Below, in pieces: positions 22,523-32,484 of a DNA stretch of 64,000 bases (positions are counted from its first letter, which is position 1; the number at the start of each line of letters is the position of its first letter). A model generated the notes under the pieces. That model had not been told where the DNA came from. It saw nothing but the letters and a program-made list of their open reading frames with translations, and made no database searches. Both the position numbers and the translations under genes were made by a program. Origin of the DNA: an uncultured Candidatus Rokubacteria bacterium. GTDB lineage: Bacteria; Methylomirabilota; Methylomirabilia; Rokubacteriales; CSP1-6. The stretch covers positions 192,001 to 256,000 of the forward strand of contig CAVVEU010000013.1 of assembly GCA_963747235.1 (NCBI GenBank). Direction: 5' to 3'.

Positions 22523-23302
22523 TCAATTCCGGAACGACGAGTCCGTGCGGTCCAGCCGGCGCAGGAGGCCCGGCCACACCAGCTTGCCCTGGCCGCCGTT
22601 GCGGCGCTGGTTGGCCACCGCGTTGGCGTAGCCCTTGTCCATGACCTCCTTGGGCACCGAGATCAGCTCGCCGCCGCCCGACTGGGCGCGCACCTGGATC
22701 TGGCAGGAGGCCTCGAGGTAGTACATGTTCACGAAGGCATCCGCCACCGTCTCGCCCACCGTCAGCAGCCCGTGGTTGCGCAGGATCAGGCAGCGGTTGT
22801 CGCCCAGGTCCGCCACCAGGCGCGGCTTCTCGTCCGCGTCGAGCGCGGGGCCCTCGAAGTCGTGATAGCCCACGCTGTTGAGCACGAACAGCGAGTGCTG
22901 CGAGATCGGCAGCAGCCCGGCCCGCTGGGTCGCGACCGCGACGCCGTTCGCGGTGTGGGTGTGGAGCACGCACTTGGCGTCGTGGCGGGCGCCGTGGATC
23001 GCGCTGTGGATGATGAACCCGGCCGCGTTCACGTTGAACGGCGAGTCCCCGACCTTGTTGCCGTCCTGGTCGATCTTGACCAGGCTGGACGCGGTGATCT
23101 CGTCGAAGAAGAGGCCGTAGGGGTTGATCAGGAACTGGTCCTCGGTGCCCGGGACGCGCGCCGAGATGTGGGTGAAGACGAGGTCCTCCCAGCCGTAGCG
23201 CGACACCAGGCGGTAGGCGGCGGCCAGGTCCACCCGGACGGCCCACTCCTCCTCCGATACCTTTCCCTTGAGCGACGGAATCTCGAGCGCGGTGGCAGTC
23301 AT
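22523..23302 (-). CDS. Class II aldolase/adducin-family protein
   Basis: RVDLAAAYRL, THISAR, NAAGFIIHSAIH, VLHTHT, ILRNHGLL. Confidence 0.93.
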   Translation of the reverse strand: MTATALEIPSLKGKVSEEEWAVRVDLAAAYRLVSRYGWEDLVFTHISARVPGTEDQFLINPYGLFFDEITASSLVKIDQDGNKVGDSPFNVNAAGFIIHSAIHGARHDAKCVLHTHTANGVAVATQRAGLLPISQHSLFVLNSVGYHDFEGPALDADEKPRLVADLGDNRCLILRNHGLLTVGETVADAFVNMYYLEASCQIQVRAQSGGGELISVPKEVMDKGYANAVANQRRNGGQGKLVWPGLLRRLDRTDSSFRN

Positions 23303-23315
23303 GGGGTCCTTTCGC

Positions 23316-24466
23316 TCAGCGGAGGTTGTAGAGCTTGACCACGTTGTCGTAGGTGATCTTCTTCTGCACGCGCTCGGGCAGGTTGCCGAGGTTCTTCTCG
23401 AGGTGCCGGCGCGAGTCGGGCCAGACGCAGTCCGGGTGCGGGTAGTCGGCGCCCCAGATGATGTTGTCCTCGCCCACCAGCGGGATGATCGGCTCGAGGA
23501 ACTGGTCTTGCTGATAGGTCACGTAGCCCTGGCGCTTGAAGTAGTCGCTCGGCTTCATCGAGAAGCCGAGGCCGCGGGCGCGGTCCTCGTACTCGGTGTC
23601 GAAGCGATCGAAGACGTAGGGCAGCCAGGTCACGCCCGACTCGCCCAGCACGAACTTGAAGTCGGGATACTTCTCGCACGCGCCCGGAGGTGATGATCGA
23701 GACCAGCACCTCCATGGTGTCGAGCTGGAAGAGCGAGGAGCGCACCAGCCGCCACTGCAGCATGTACTGCTGCTCCAGGGCGGGGGAATCGGGCGCGCGC
23801 ACCGCCTTGAAGCCGGTCGAGTGGAACGCGATCGGGAAGTGGCACTCGGCGGCCGCCTCCCAGAGCGGATACCAGTCGTGCTGGTAGAGCGGGATGCTCA
23901 TGCGACTTGAAGCCGAGGTCGCCGCCCTTGAGGCCCATCTTGGCGCAGCGGCGCACCTCCGCCGCGGCCGCCTGGGGATCGTGGTTGGGCACGATCGCGA
24001 GCGGGTAGATCCGGTTCGGGTCCGACTTCTTCGCGAAGTCGGCGGCCCAGTCATTGTAGATCGCGTTGGCCCAGCCGCGGCGCTCGCCGCTCGCGATCAT
24101 GTCGTTGATCATCAGGCAGCCGTAGACCACCTCGGCGTCGAGCCCGTCGCGGTCCAGGTCGGCGAGCCGCAGCTCGGGCGTGGTGGGCCGGGGCTTGGCG
24201 CCGGCGCGGTGGTCCCACTCGAAGCCGCACGAGGCCATCTCGTCGATGCGGGCGAAGGTGCCGGGCGTCCGCTTGAGGAAGCCGGGGCCCACGCCGTTCC
24301 ACATCCCCTTGTCCTGCGCCTCCACGAACCAGTGGCAGCCGTCCTCCAGCTCCTCCACGCGCGGCACCAGCAGCTTCCACTTCGACGGCGCCTGGCTGGA
24401 CCAGAGATCGGGCGGGCAATAGGTGAGGTCGATGTGGTTGTCGCCGGAGATGAGCCGCTCTAGCAT
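23316..24466 (-). CDS. Amidohydrolase_2-family metallohydrolase/decarboxylase (frameshifted)
   Basis: ISGDNHI, RLADLDRDGLDAEVVY, YNDWAADF, ESGVTWLPY, IWGADYPHPD. Confidence 0.87.
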
Positions 24467-24592
24467 GACGCCCTCCTTGGCCGGGTGGGGGAGCTGCCTC
24501 GTGGCGCGATCCTACTCCTGAACCCCGCGCCAGGACAAGGGATTGCCCGGAAGGGCCGGATGCCCCCCGGGGCGGCGGTGGCCGTACTCGCC

Positions 24593-25297
24593 CTAGCGAG
24601 GGGTGGCGGGGCGGCGGGTCAGCAGCTCGAAGTAGGTCTTGTCGCGCCGATTCCGCACGAGGTCGAGCGGGCTCCGGCCGTCCCGGCTCCTGATGGTCGG
24701 GTCTGCCCCGTGACGGAGGAGCATCTCGACGTGTCGGCGGTCGCTGTTCTTCTTGAGGACCAGGTGGAGGGCGGTCAGACCCTTCGAATTCTGGAAGTTC
24801 ACGTTGGCCCCGTGGCGCAGGAGCCGCTCGGCCCCCACGAAGCGGCTCCACTTGATCGCGCCCAGGAACGGGGTCTCGTCCTCGGCGACCGGGTCCAGCT
24901 GGGCCCCACTCCGGACCAGCAGGTCGATGGCTTCCACGTTCTCCGCGAAGGCGGCCGCCCAGAGAGCGTTCTCCGGCGTCGAGCCGTGCTTCAGGAGGAG
25001 CCGAGCGAGCGGGAGGTTCTGGCCCCGCGAGATCGAGTACCAGAGCGGGGTCGCCTGGAAGGCGCCCTCGACGAACGCGGGGGCATTGACGTCGAGGCCG
25101 GCCTCGAGAAGGCGACGCGCCAGCGTGAGCGCCCGGCCGGAGGTCTTCGGGTCGGCGGACAGGCTGCACAGCAAGTGCAGCGGGTTGCGGTGACGATCGT
25201 CGATGGTGCGGATCAGGTCGGGGTTCTTCTCGAGGAGGGTCGTCACCGCCGGGACGTCGAGCGCCTTGATGGACTGGAAGAGCCGCGTCTTGCTCAT
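24593..25297 (-). CDS. Ankyrin-repeat protein
   Basis: MSKTRLFQSIK..., RNPLHLL, ATPLWYS, ETPFL, GANVNFQNSKGLTALH, GADPTIRSRDGRSPLD. Confidence 0.85.
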   Translation of the reverse strand: MSKTRLFQSIKALDVPAVTTLLEKNPDLIRTIDDRHRNPLHLLCSLSADPKTSGRALTLARRLLEAGLDVNAPAFVEGAFQATPLWYSISRGQNLPLARLLLKHGSTPENALWAAAFAENVEAIDLLVRSGAQLDPVAEDETPFLGAIKWSRFVGAERLLRHGANVNFQNSKGLTALHLVLKKNSDRRHVEMLLRHGADPTIRSRDGRSPLDLVRNRRDKTYFELLTRRPATPR

Positions 25298-25299
25298 GA

Positions 25300-28016
25300 T
25301 CAGCCGGTATTGCGGAGAGCCGGCGGCGATGCCGTTGATGGTGACCACGATGATCTCGCGGTACCGCGCGGCGTCGTCGCCGTCCTGGTCCGCCAGCGAG
25401 CGCAGCCGGCGAAGCATCTCCACCTGGAGGTAGTTCAGCGGGTCCACGTACGGGTTCCGCAGGTCCACGGAGCGCTGGATCACCGGGTCGCCGTCCATCA
25501 GCTCGGCGTGGCCGGTGGCGCGCAGGATGGACTCCCGCGTGCGCACGAACTCGTTGCCGATGCGGGTGAACACCGCGGTGGCCAGCGCCCGGCTCGGGAC
25601 CAGCTCGGAGTAGAGCGCGGCGATGCCCATGTCGGCCTTGAGCAGGGACATCTCCGCATTGTCCAGGATGGCCCGGAAGAAGGGCCAGCCCGCGTACATC
25701 TCCCGCAGCCGGCCCGCGTCCGCCCGCGCCAGCGCGGTGCCGAGGCCGTACCAGCCGGGGAGGTTGAAGCGGCTCTGCATCCAGGAGAAGACCCACGGGA
25801 TCGCGCGCACCGCGCTCCGCGTGAGGCCGCCCGCGCGGCGCACCGCGGGCCGCGAGCCCAGGCGCAGGCGCGAGAGCTCCTCGATCGGGGTGGCCGCGCG
25901 CCAGTACTCGAGGAAGCCGGGCGTGCGCTCGACGAGGTCGTGATAGGTCTCGCGCGCCGCGCCGGCCATGAGGTCCAGGGCCTCGCGCCAGCCGGGATCG
26001 AGCGGCGCCGCCGCGTCCGCGTCGTCCGCGGAGGCCAGGAGCACCGCGCTGACGATCTGCTCCACGTGGCGATGGGCGAGCGCGGGGTCGGCGTAGCGCG
26101 AGGCGATGGTCTCGCCCTGCTCGGTCACGCGGAAGCGGCCCTGGACGGTGCCGGGCGGCTGCGCGCGGATCGCGCGCCCCGCGGGCCCGCCGCCCCGCGC
26201 CACCGTCCCCCCGCGCCCGTGGAAGAGCGTGAGCCCGACGGCGTGCTCCCGGCACACGCGCGCGATGGATTCCTGGGCCCGATAGAGGGCCCAGTTGGCG
26301 GCCAGGTAGCCGCCGTCCTTGTTGGAGTCGGAGTAGCCGATCATCACCATCTGCTCGCCGTCGCAGGACGTCGAGGTGCGCGCGGTAGACCGGCAGCGCG
26401 AAGAGCGCCTCGAGGGTGCGCGGCGCCGCGTCGAGATCGCCCAGCGTCTCGAAGAGCGGCACGATCTGCATGCCGGCCGCGCCGCCCGCCCAGCGGGCCA
26501 GCAGCAGCACGGTGAGGAGATCCGCCGGCCCGCGGGTCATCGAGATGATGAAGGGCCCGAGCGACGCCCGGCCGTAGATGGCCTGGGCGCGGGCCAGGAG
26601 GCGGAACAGGCGCCACGTCTCGGCCGGCAGCTCGTCGAGCGCGAGCGCGGTGATCTCCGAGGCCTTGGGCGCTTGATCGGCGAGGAGCCGGAGGAGCACC
26701 GCGGCGCGGGCCGGCTCGTCGCGCTCGGCGAAGCCGGTCTCGAGGCCGAGGCGGGCCAGGATGTCGCCGAGCGTGGCGGCGAGGCGCGCGGAGTCTTCCC
26801 GGATGTCGAGGCGGGCCGCGTGCAGGCCGAAGGTCTCGAGCTGATGCTCGAGCGCGCGGATCCGGTCGCCGGCGAGCGCGGGCGGGACGCCCGGGCGACC
26901 AGGTCCACGACCTTGCGGACCTCGGCGGCGGAGATGCGTGCGGCGTGCGGGGCCTCGTCGAGCAGGCGCGCCCTCATGTCCTCGCGCGAGGCCGCCTCCA
27001 GGTCGGCGGCCAGCAGGGACAGGGCCAGGCGATAGGGCTCGCCCGCGTAGCGCTGCTCGAGATAGGCCACGTGCGCGGGCAGGGGACGGCGCGCGTCGAG
27101 CCAGGCGGTGAGCGCCTCGGGCGGCGGGCAGCGCCGGCCGCTCACGCTCAGGCGCCGGGCCAGGTCCTGCACGGAGCGCCGGTGCCGCTCCACCGCGAGG
27201 CCGCGATGCAGGCGCAGGGTCTCGGCGGTCAGCTCGGTCACCACCGACGGGTTGCCGTCGCGGTCGCCGCCGATCCACGAGGCCACCGTGAGCCACGCGG
27301 GGGGCGGGGCCAGACCGGGGTAGTGGCGCGACACCGCGGCCTCGAGATCGGCGTCGATGCGCGGCACGAGATCCCAGAAGACCTCGTCCACGAAGTAGAG
27401 GCCGGTGCGCACCTCGTCGGTGACCGCGGGCCGCGTCGTCCGCGCGCGGTCGGTCAGCCAGAGCGCGGTGATCTCCGCCTGGAGCCCGGCCAGCAGCTCC
27501 ATCCGCTCGCGCGGCAGCAGGTCTGCGTCCTGGAGGTGGCGCAGCAGATCGCTGATCCGCTGGAGCTTCGAGAGCACGGTGCGGCGCTTGGCCTCGGTCG
27601 GATGCGCGGTCAGCACGAGCTCGATGCGCAGCTCGCGCAGGAGGTCCGCCATCCGCTCGGCGGTGACGCCGCCGGGCCTGCAGGCGCGCGATCGCCTCGC
27701 CGATGGACTCGCCGATCGGCGCGGGGTGCTGTGCGCGCTCGCGGGCCCGCAGGGCCTGGATGCGGTGGACCTCCTCGGCGAGATTGATCAGGTCGAAGTA
27801 CACCGCGAAGGCGGAGGCGGTGGCGCGCGCGGCGTCCACCGGGAGATCGGCCACCGCCAGGGGCAGGCGGACGGCCGCGTCCATCTCGCCGGCGCGGCGC
27901 GCCTTGGCGAGCGCGCGGATGTGCTCCTCGGTCTCGAAGAGCGCGACGGATTCCTGGGCGCGCAGGACCTCGCCGAGCGCTTCGCCCAGCAGGTGAATGG
28001 TGGCCGAGAGGTCCAC
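25300..28016 (-). CDS. ppc: Phosphoenolpyruvate carboxylase (several frameshifts)
   Basis: VLTAHPTEAKRR, SWIGGDRDGNP, VPLFET, VMIGYSDSNKDGG, FHGRGGTVARGG, VTEQGE, RAIPWVFSW, RNPYVDPLN, GIAAG(LRNTG)*. Confidence 0.95.
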
Positions 28017-28049
28017 AGCGGAGCCCTCCCCGTGGCTCGCGTCCGGCGA

Positions 28050-29291
28050 TCAGGGGCTCTTGTGGAGCGCGCCGTCCTTCATGATCATGCGGAGCGCGTC
28101 GCGGTCCTGCAGGATCGCGATGTCGGCGAGCGGATCGCCGTCCACCAGGAGGAGATCGGCGAGGGCGCCCGCCTTGACGACCCCCAGCTCGCCGGGCAGG
28201 CCCATGATCTCGCCGCCCAGCTTGGTGGCGGCCACGAGGGTCTCCATCGGCGAGTAGCCGAGGATCTTCACGAAGAGCCAGAGATCGCGCGCGTAGGTGC
28301 CGTGGGGCGTGTACACGAAGCCGTAGTCGCCGCCCGGCAGCACGCGGATGCCGCGCTTGCGCATGCGGGCGATGGTCTCCACGGTGGCGGCCAGCTCCCG
28401 CTCGAAGCCCCGCGCGCGCTCCGGGGTCACGCCCCATTGCCCATTGGCCTGGGTCAGGTTGTAGGTGATGCCGAGCGCGGGCGCCACGAAGACCCGATCG
28501 CGCGCGCCTTCCAGCGCGTCGAGCGCGGCCTCGTCGCAGTAGTTGGCGTGGTAGATCACCTCGATGCCGTGCTTGACCGCCAGGCGCACCGAGTCGCCGC
28601 TGCGGCAGTGGGCGCACACGCGGAGCCCGCGCCGCGCGGGCCACCTCCATGGCCGCGGCCACCTCGGCCTCGGTCATCGGCGTCAGCTCCGACGTCCACG
28701 CCGACGTGCCGAGATCGCCCGAGAGGTTGAGCTTGAGCAGGTCCACGCCCTCGCGGGCGAGCAGCCGGCAGACGCGGCGGATCGCGTCGGGGCCGTCGGC
28801 GACCCAGCAGAAGGTCGGCGTCTCGTGGTACGGCAGGTGGAGCAGGTTGCTGTCGCCGAGCCCGCCGGTCACCGTGATCTCGGGCCCGTTGGCGAGCAGG
28901 CGCGGGCCCGGGAAGCGGCCCGCCTCGATCTCCCGCTTGACCACCACGTCGAGGCGCGGCTTGGCCGCCGCGGCGGAGAGCGCGCTGGTGTAGCCCGCGT
29001 CGAGCATGGTGCGCGCGTTGCGAAGCGTGGCGAGCAGGTGCTCTTCCAGCGGCAGGCGCGTCATCTCGTACGAGGTGATGTCGGCGAAGCTCAGGTGGGC
29101 GTGCGGCTCGATCAGGCCGGGCATCAGCGTGGCGCCCCGGCCGTCGATGACGCGCTCGCCGGGGCGCGGCGTCAGGCCGGAGCCGTCGCGACATCCGCGA
29201 TCCGGTTGCCCTCCACGCGCACCGCGCCCGTGAACGGCGCGCGGCCGGTGCCGTCCAGGATGCGCACGTTGGTGATCAGGTGGCCGGTCAT
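28050..29291 (-). CDS. Amidohydrolase-family protein (Xaa-Pro dipeptidase/imidazolonepropionase-like; frameshifted)
   Basis: ITNVRILDGTG, TLMPGLIEPHAH, GPRLLANG, PGGDYGF, LGVVKAGALADLLLVDGDP. Confidence 0.88.
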
Positions 29292-29330
29292 CTGGGCGGG
29301 GATTCTAGCACCACGACGCCACGCGGGCGA

Positions 29331-29346
29331 TGGCATCCCTCTTGCT
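29331..29346 (+). promoter_or_regulatory. sigma54 (-24/-12) promoter
   Basis: TGGCAT-CCCTC-TTGCT, followed by RBS AGGAGGAG and ATG 29377. Confidence 0.75.
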
Positions 29347-29376
29347 CCCCGTCTCTGGACCCAGGAGGAGGGACCG

Positions 29377-29550
29377 ATGCCGACCTACCTGATGAGCTGC
29401 ACCCATTGCGGCTACGAAGTGGCGTTTCGGACGGAGCCGGATGCGAAAACTGAAGGAGTTCGCCACCTTCTGCAGTTCCCGGCCCACGGGGTCAAGGTGA
29501 CGCCCAGTGAGGACGCCATGATCCGGGATGAGGAAAGAGTTACCGCGTAA
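29377..29550 (+). CDS. 57-aa small protein with putative C2H2-type zinc-binding motif
   Basis: MPTYLMSCTHCGYEVAFRTEPDAKTEGVRHLLQFPAHGVKVTPSEDAMIRDEERVTA*; strong RBS; upstream sigma54 box. Confidence 0.75.
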   Translation: MPTYLMSCTHCGYEVAFRTEPDAKTEGVRHLLQFPAHGVKVTPSEDAMIRDEERVTA

Positions 29551-29559
29551 TCCCGAAAA

Positions 29560-30051
29560 TTACAGGTACTGGCCGGGCTCCCGGGGGGGCCCGTCGGCAG
29601 GGCCCGGGGGCAGCCCGCGGCGCCGGCGCATCTCCTCGATCTCGGCCCGCGCCTGCATGTGCTGGCTCCAGAGCGCGGCCTGGATCCCCTGGAACAGGCC
29701 CTCGAGCCAGCCCACGAGCTGGGCCTGGGCCAGCCGGATCTCGGACTCGCTCGAGCTGCCGTCGAGCGGGATCGTGAGCGTATCCAGCTCGTCCTGCAGC
29801 TCCTTCGACACGCCCTCCTTCAATCCCGTGAGCGCCCGCTCGTACACCTCGCGGAGCCGCCGCCGGCCGGGCTCGTCCGGCTTGGACTGGCGCACGTCCT
29901 CCAGCATCTCGCGAATCATCGCCGCGATGCGGATCAGCTTGGCCGGCTGCTCGATCGCCGGCCCCTGCGGCACCTGGGCCGGGAGAACCTCTGGATGCTG
30001 GTCCGGATGCGCGTCGTCGATGGGCGGCTCGGCTCCCGGGTTGGTCGGCAT
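29560..30051 (-). CDS. bpa: Bacterial proteasome activator Bpa/PafE
   Basis: EQPAKLIRIAAMIREMLEDVR, SESEIRLAQAQLVGWLEGLFQGIQAAL, C-terminal GQYL proteasome-docking motif. Confidence 0.92.
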   Translation of the reverse strand: MPTNPGAEPPIDDAHPDQHPEVLPAQVPQGPAIEQPAKLIRIAAMIREMLEDVRQSKPDEPGRRRLREVYERALTGLKEGVSKELQDELDTLTIPLDGSSSESEIRLAQAQLVGWLEGLFQGIQAALWSQHMQARAEIEEMRRRRGLPPGPADGPPREPGQYL

Positions 30052-30188
30052 GGTGTCGATGCTACCACGCGCCCACGGAGTAAGCAGGTCCGCGGACCGG
30101 TCGATTCAACGCGGTAAGGCCTTCCGCTCCGATCGGGTGCGGTCGCGGAGTCGCGCGACAAGCGGTCGATCTCGTGCGCTTCGCGCGC

Positions 30189-30204
30189 GGGCACGACCCT
30201 TGCG
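30189..30204 (+). promoter_or_regulatory. sigma54 (-24/-12) promoter
   Basis: GGGCAC-GACCC-TTGCG, upstream of RBS GAGGAGG (30242) and ATG 30256. Confidence 0.65.
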
Positions 30205-30255
30205 GTATCTCGGGCGCTAGACGCGGGCAAGACGCGGCACCGAGGAGGCGTGACG

Positions 30256-30600
30256 ATGGCTCGACGGGGGATGGCGGGGCTGGGGATGGGTGCGGTGATG
30301 CTGGGAGCGGTGATCGGGCCGGCCGCGCCGGCACTCGCGGCGATGGCCGCGATCACCACGGTGGCGCCGGTCGAAGACGGCGCGACGGAAGACGGCGTGA
30401 AGGCGGCGGCCGCGAGCGCGCTGGGGCGCGCGGTGCGCGGCGCTCAGGCGATGGGGCTCGGCGAGGTCACGCTCAAGAGCATCCGGATGGTGCCGGGCAC
30501 CGGCGTGGTGGTGGAGATCCTCGCGACCGATTCCGAGCCGTCGCTGGACGAGTCGGCCGCGCCGGAGCCGCTCGCGCGGTCGGGCGCTCCGCGGATCTAG
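30256..30600 (+). CDS. Small secreted hypothetical protein
   Basis: RBS GAGGAGG; MARRG + hydrophobic stretch + A-L-A signal peptide; no recognised domain. Confidence 0.7.
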   Translation: MARRGMAGLGMGAVMLGAVIGPAAPALAAMAAITTVAPVEDGATEDGVKAAAASALGRAVRGAQAMGLGEVTLKSIRMVPGTGVVVEILATDSEPSLDESAAPEPLARSGAPRI

Positions 30601-31004
30601 GCCTTCTTGGTGGGCTTCTCCGCGACCGGGTAGCCCTTCTTCTTCCACTCCGCGAAGCCGCCGGCCATCTCGACGACGGCCTCGAGGCCCATCTGCTGGG
30701 CCACGTCGGTGGCCAGGGCCGAGCGCCACGCGCCGTTGCAGTAGAAGACGAACTCCTTGTCGGCCGCGAACACGTCCTTGTGGTACGGGCTGTCGGGATC
30801 CACCCAGAACTCGAGCATGCCGCGCGGGCAGTGGAAGGCGCCGGGGATCATGCCCTCGCGCTCCAGCTCGCGGACGTCACGGAGATCCACGAATACGACG
30901 CGGTCGCTGCCGAGACGGCCCTTGGCCTCCTCGAGGCTGATGGTCTTGATGCGCGACTTGGCCTCGTCCACCATCTGCTGAAATCCCTTGCGCGGGCTCT
31001 TCAT
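30597..31004 (-). CDS. Rhodanese-like domain protein
   Basis: VDLRDVRE, GMIPGAFHCPRGMLEF, active-site loop FYCNGAWRSAL. Confidence 0.92.
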   Translation of the reverse strand: MKSPRKGFQQMVDEAKSRIKTISLEEAKGRLGSDRVVFVDLRDVRELEREGMIPGAFHCPRGMLEFWVDPDSPYHKDVFAADKEFVFYCNGAWRSALATDVAQQMGLEAVVEMAGGFAEWKKKGYPVAEKPTKKA

Positions 31005-31017
31005 GGTCGCTCCTCGG

Positions 31018-31713
31018 TCAGACTTCCAGGTTCTCTCTTCGCACCGCCGCGTTGGCGGCCAGGTCGGCGGGCGTCCCATCGAAGACGATACGCCCGTGGC
31101 CCATCACGTACACGCGATGCGAGATCTTGAGCGCGATCGTCAGCTTCTGCTCCACCAGGAGGATCGAGACCCCGCGGCTCGCGATCTCGTCGAGGAAGCG
31201 GCCCACCTGGGTGACCAGCATCGGGGCGAGCCCCTCGGTGGGCTCGTCGATGATGACCAGCTCGGGGTCGCCCATGAGGGTGCGGCCCATCGTCAGCATC
31301 TGCTGCTCGCCGCCCGACAGCACGCCGGCCAGGTTGTCCTGCCGCTCGCGCAGGAGCGGGAAGAGCGCGAACATGTCGTCGAACGACCAGCGGCCGAAGC
31401 GCCCCGCGCGCTTCTGGCCCAGCTCGAGGTTCTGGCGCACGGTCAGGGTGGGGAAGACCTGCCGGTCCTCGGGCACGTACCCGATGCCCGCGTGGGCGAT
31501 CTGGTCGGGGCGCAGCCCGACCAGGCTCTTGCCCTTCCAGAGGACCTCGCCGACCGGCTCGACCAGCCCCATGATCGCCTTGCAGGTGGTGGAGCGGCCG
31601 ACCCCGTTGCGGCCGAGCAGGCTCACGATCTCGCCCGCGCGCACCTCGAGGTTCACGCCCTGGAGGATGTGGCTCTTGCCGTAGTAGGCGTGGAGATCGC
31701 GGACCTCAAGCAT
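31018..31713 (-). CDS. Branched-chain amino acid ABC transporter ATP-binding protein (LivF-like)
   Basis: GRNGVGRST, LSGGEQQML, IIDEPTEGLAP, LLVEQ. Confidence 0.92.
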   Translation of the reverse strand: MLEVRDLHAYYGKSHILQGVNLEVRAGEIVSLLGRNGVGRSTTCKAIMGLVEPVGEVLWKGKSLVGLRPDQIAHAGIGYVPEDRQVFPTLTVRQNLELGQKRAGRFGRWSFDDMFALFPLLRERQDNLAGVLSGGEQQMLTMGRTLMGDPELVIIDEPTEGLAPMLVTQVGRFLDEIASRGVSILLVEQKLTIALKISHRVYVMGHGRIVFDGTPADLAANAAVRRENLEV

Positions 31714-32484
31714 CAGGCGCTCTCCGCCGGGACCCCGAGATAGGCTTCCTGCACCGCGCGGCTGGCCCGGATCTCCGCCGGGCGGTCCGGAGGCGATGAC
31801 CTGCCCGTACACCAGCACGGTCACCACGTCGGCCACGTCGAAGACGACGCTCATGTCGTGCTCGACCATCACCAGCGTCTTGCCCGCGGTCACGCGCCGG
31901 ATCAGCGCGACCGCGTGGTCGGCCTCGCTGCGGCTCATCCCCGCGGTGGGCTCGTCGAGCAGGATGGTGTCGGCCCCGCCCGCGATCGTGATCCCGATCT
32001 CGAGCGCGCGCTGCTCGGCGTAGGAGAGGAGCCCCGCGGGCACGTCCCGCCGCGACTCCAGGCCGACGTCGGCGAGCAGGCGGGCGGCGGCCTCGTTCAG
32101 GGCGCGCTCGCCGCCCAGCAGGTGCCAGAACGAGTAGCGGTAGCCCCGCGACCACAGGAGCCCGCACCGGATGTTCTCGAACACGGTCATGCGCGCGAAG
32201 ATCGAGGTGACCTGGAAGCTGCGCGAGAGGCCGCGCCGGTTGATCTCGTGCGGCGCCAGGCCGTCGAGGCGCTGGCCGCCGAGCTCGATGCGGCCCGAGG
32301 AGACCGGGAAGCGCCCGCTGATCAGGTTGAACAGCGTGGTCTTGCCCGCGCCGTTGGGGCCGATGATGGCGTGGCGCGAGCCGCGGGCCACGTCGAGGCT
32401 CACGCCCATGATGACCGCGGTCGGCCCGAAGCTCTTGTGCACGTCGGTCAGGCGGAGGCCGGGCGCGGCTTCGGTGGCGCTCAC
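31713..32484 (-). CDS. Branched-chain amino acid ABC transporter ATP-binding protein (LivG-like; frameshift near 3' end)
   Basis: GPNGAGKTT, LSYAEQRALE, LLDEPTAGM, VEHDM. Confidence 0.92.

Noticed and set aside
24593-26350. 585-aa apparent PEPC-ankyrin fusion
   Set aside because: A one-base indel in the conserved GIAAGLRNTG* terminus causes the read-through. These are two genes.
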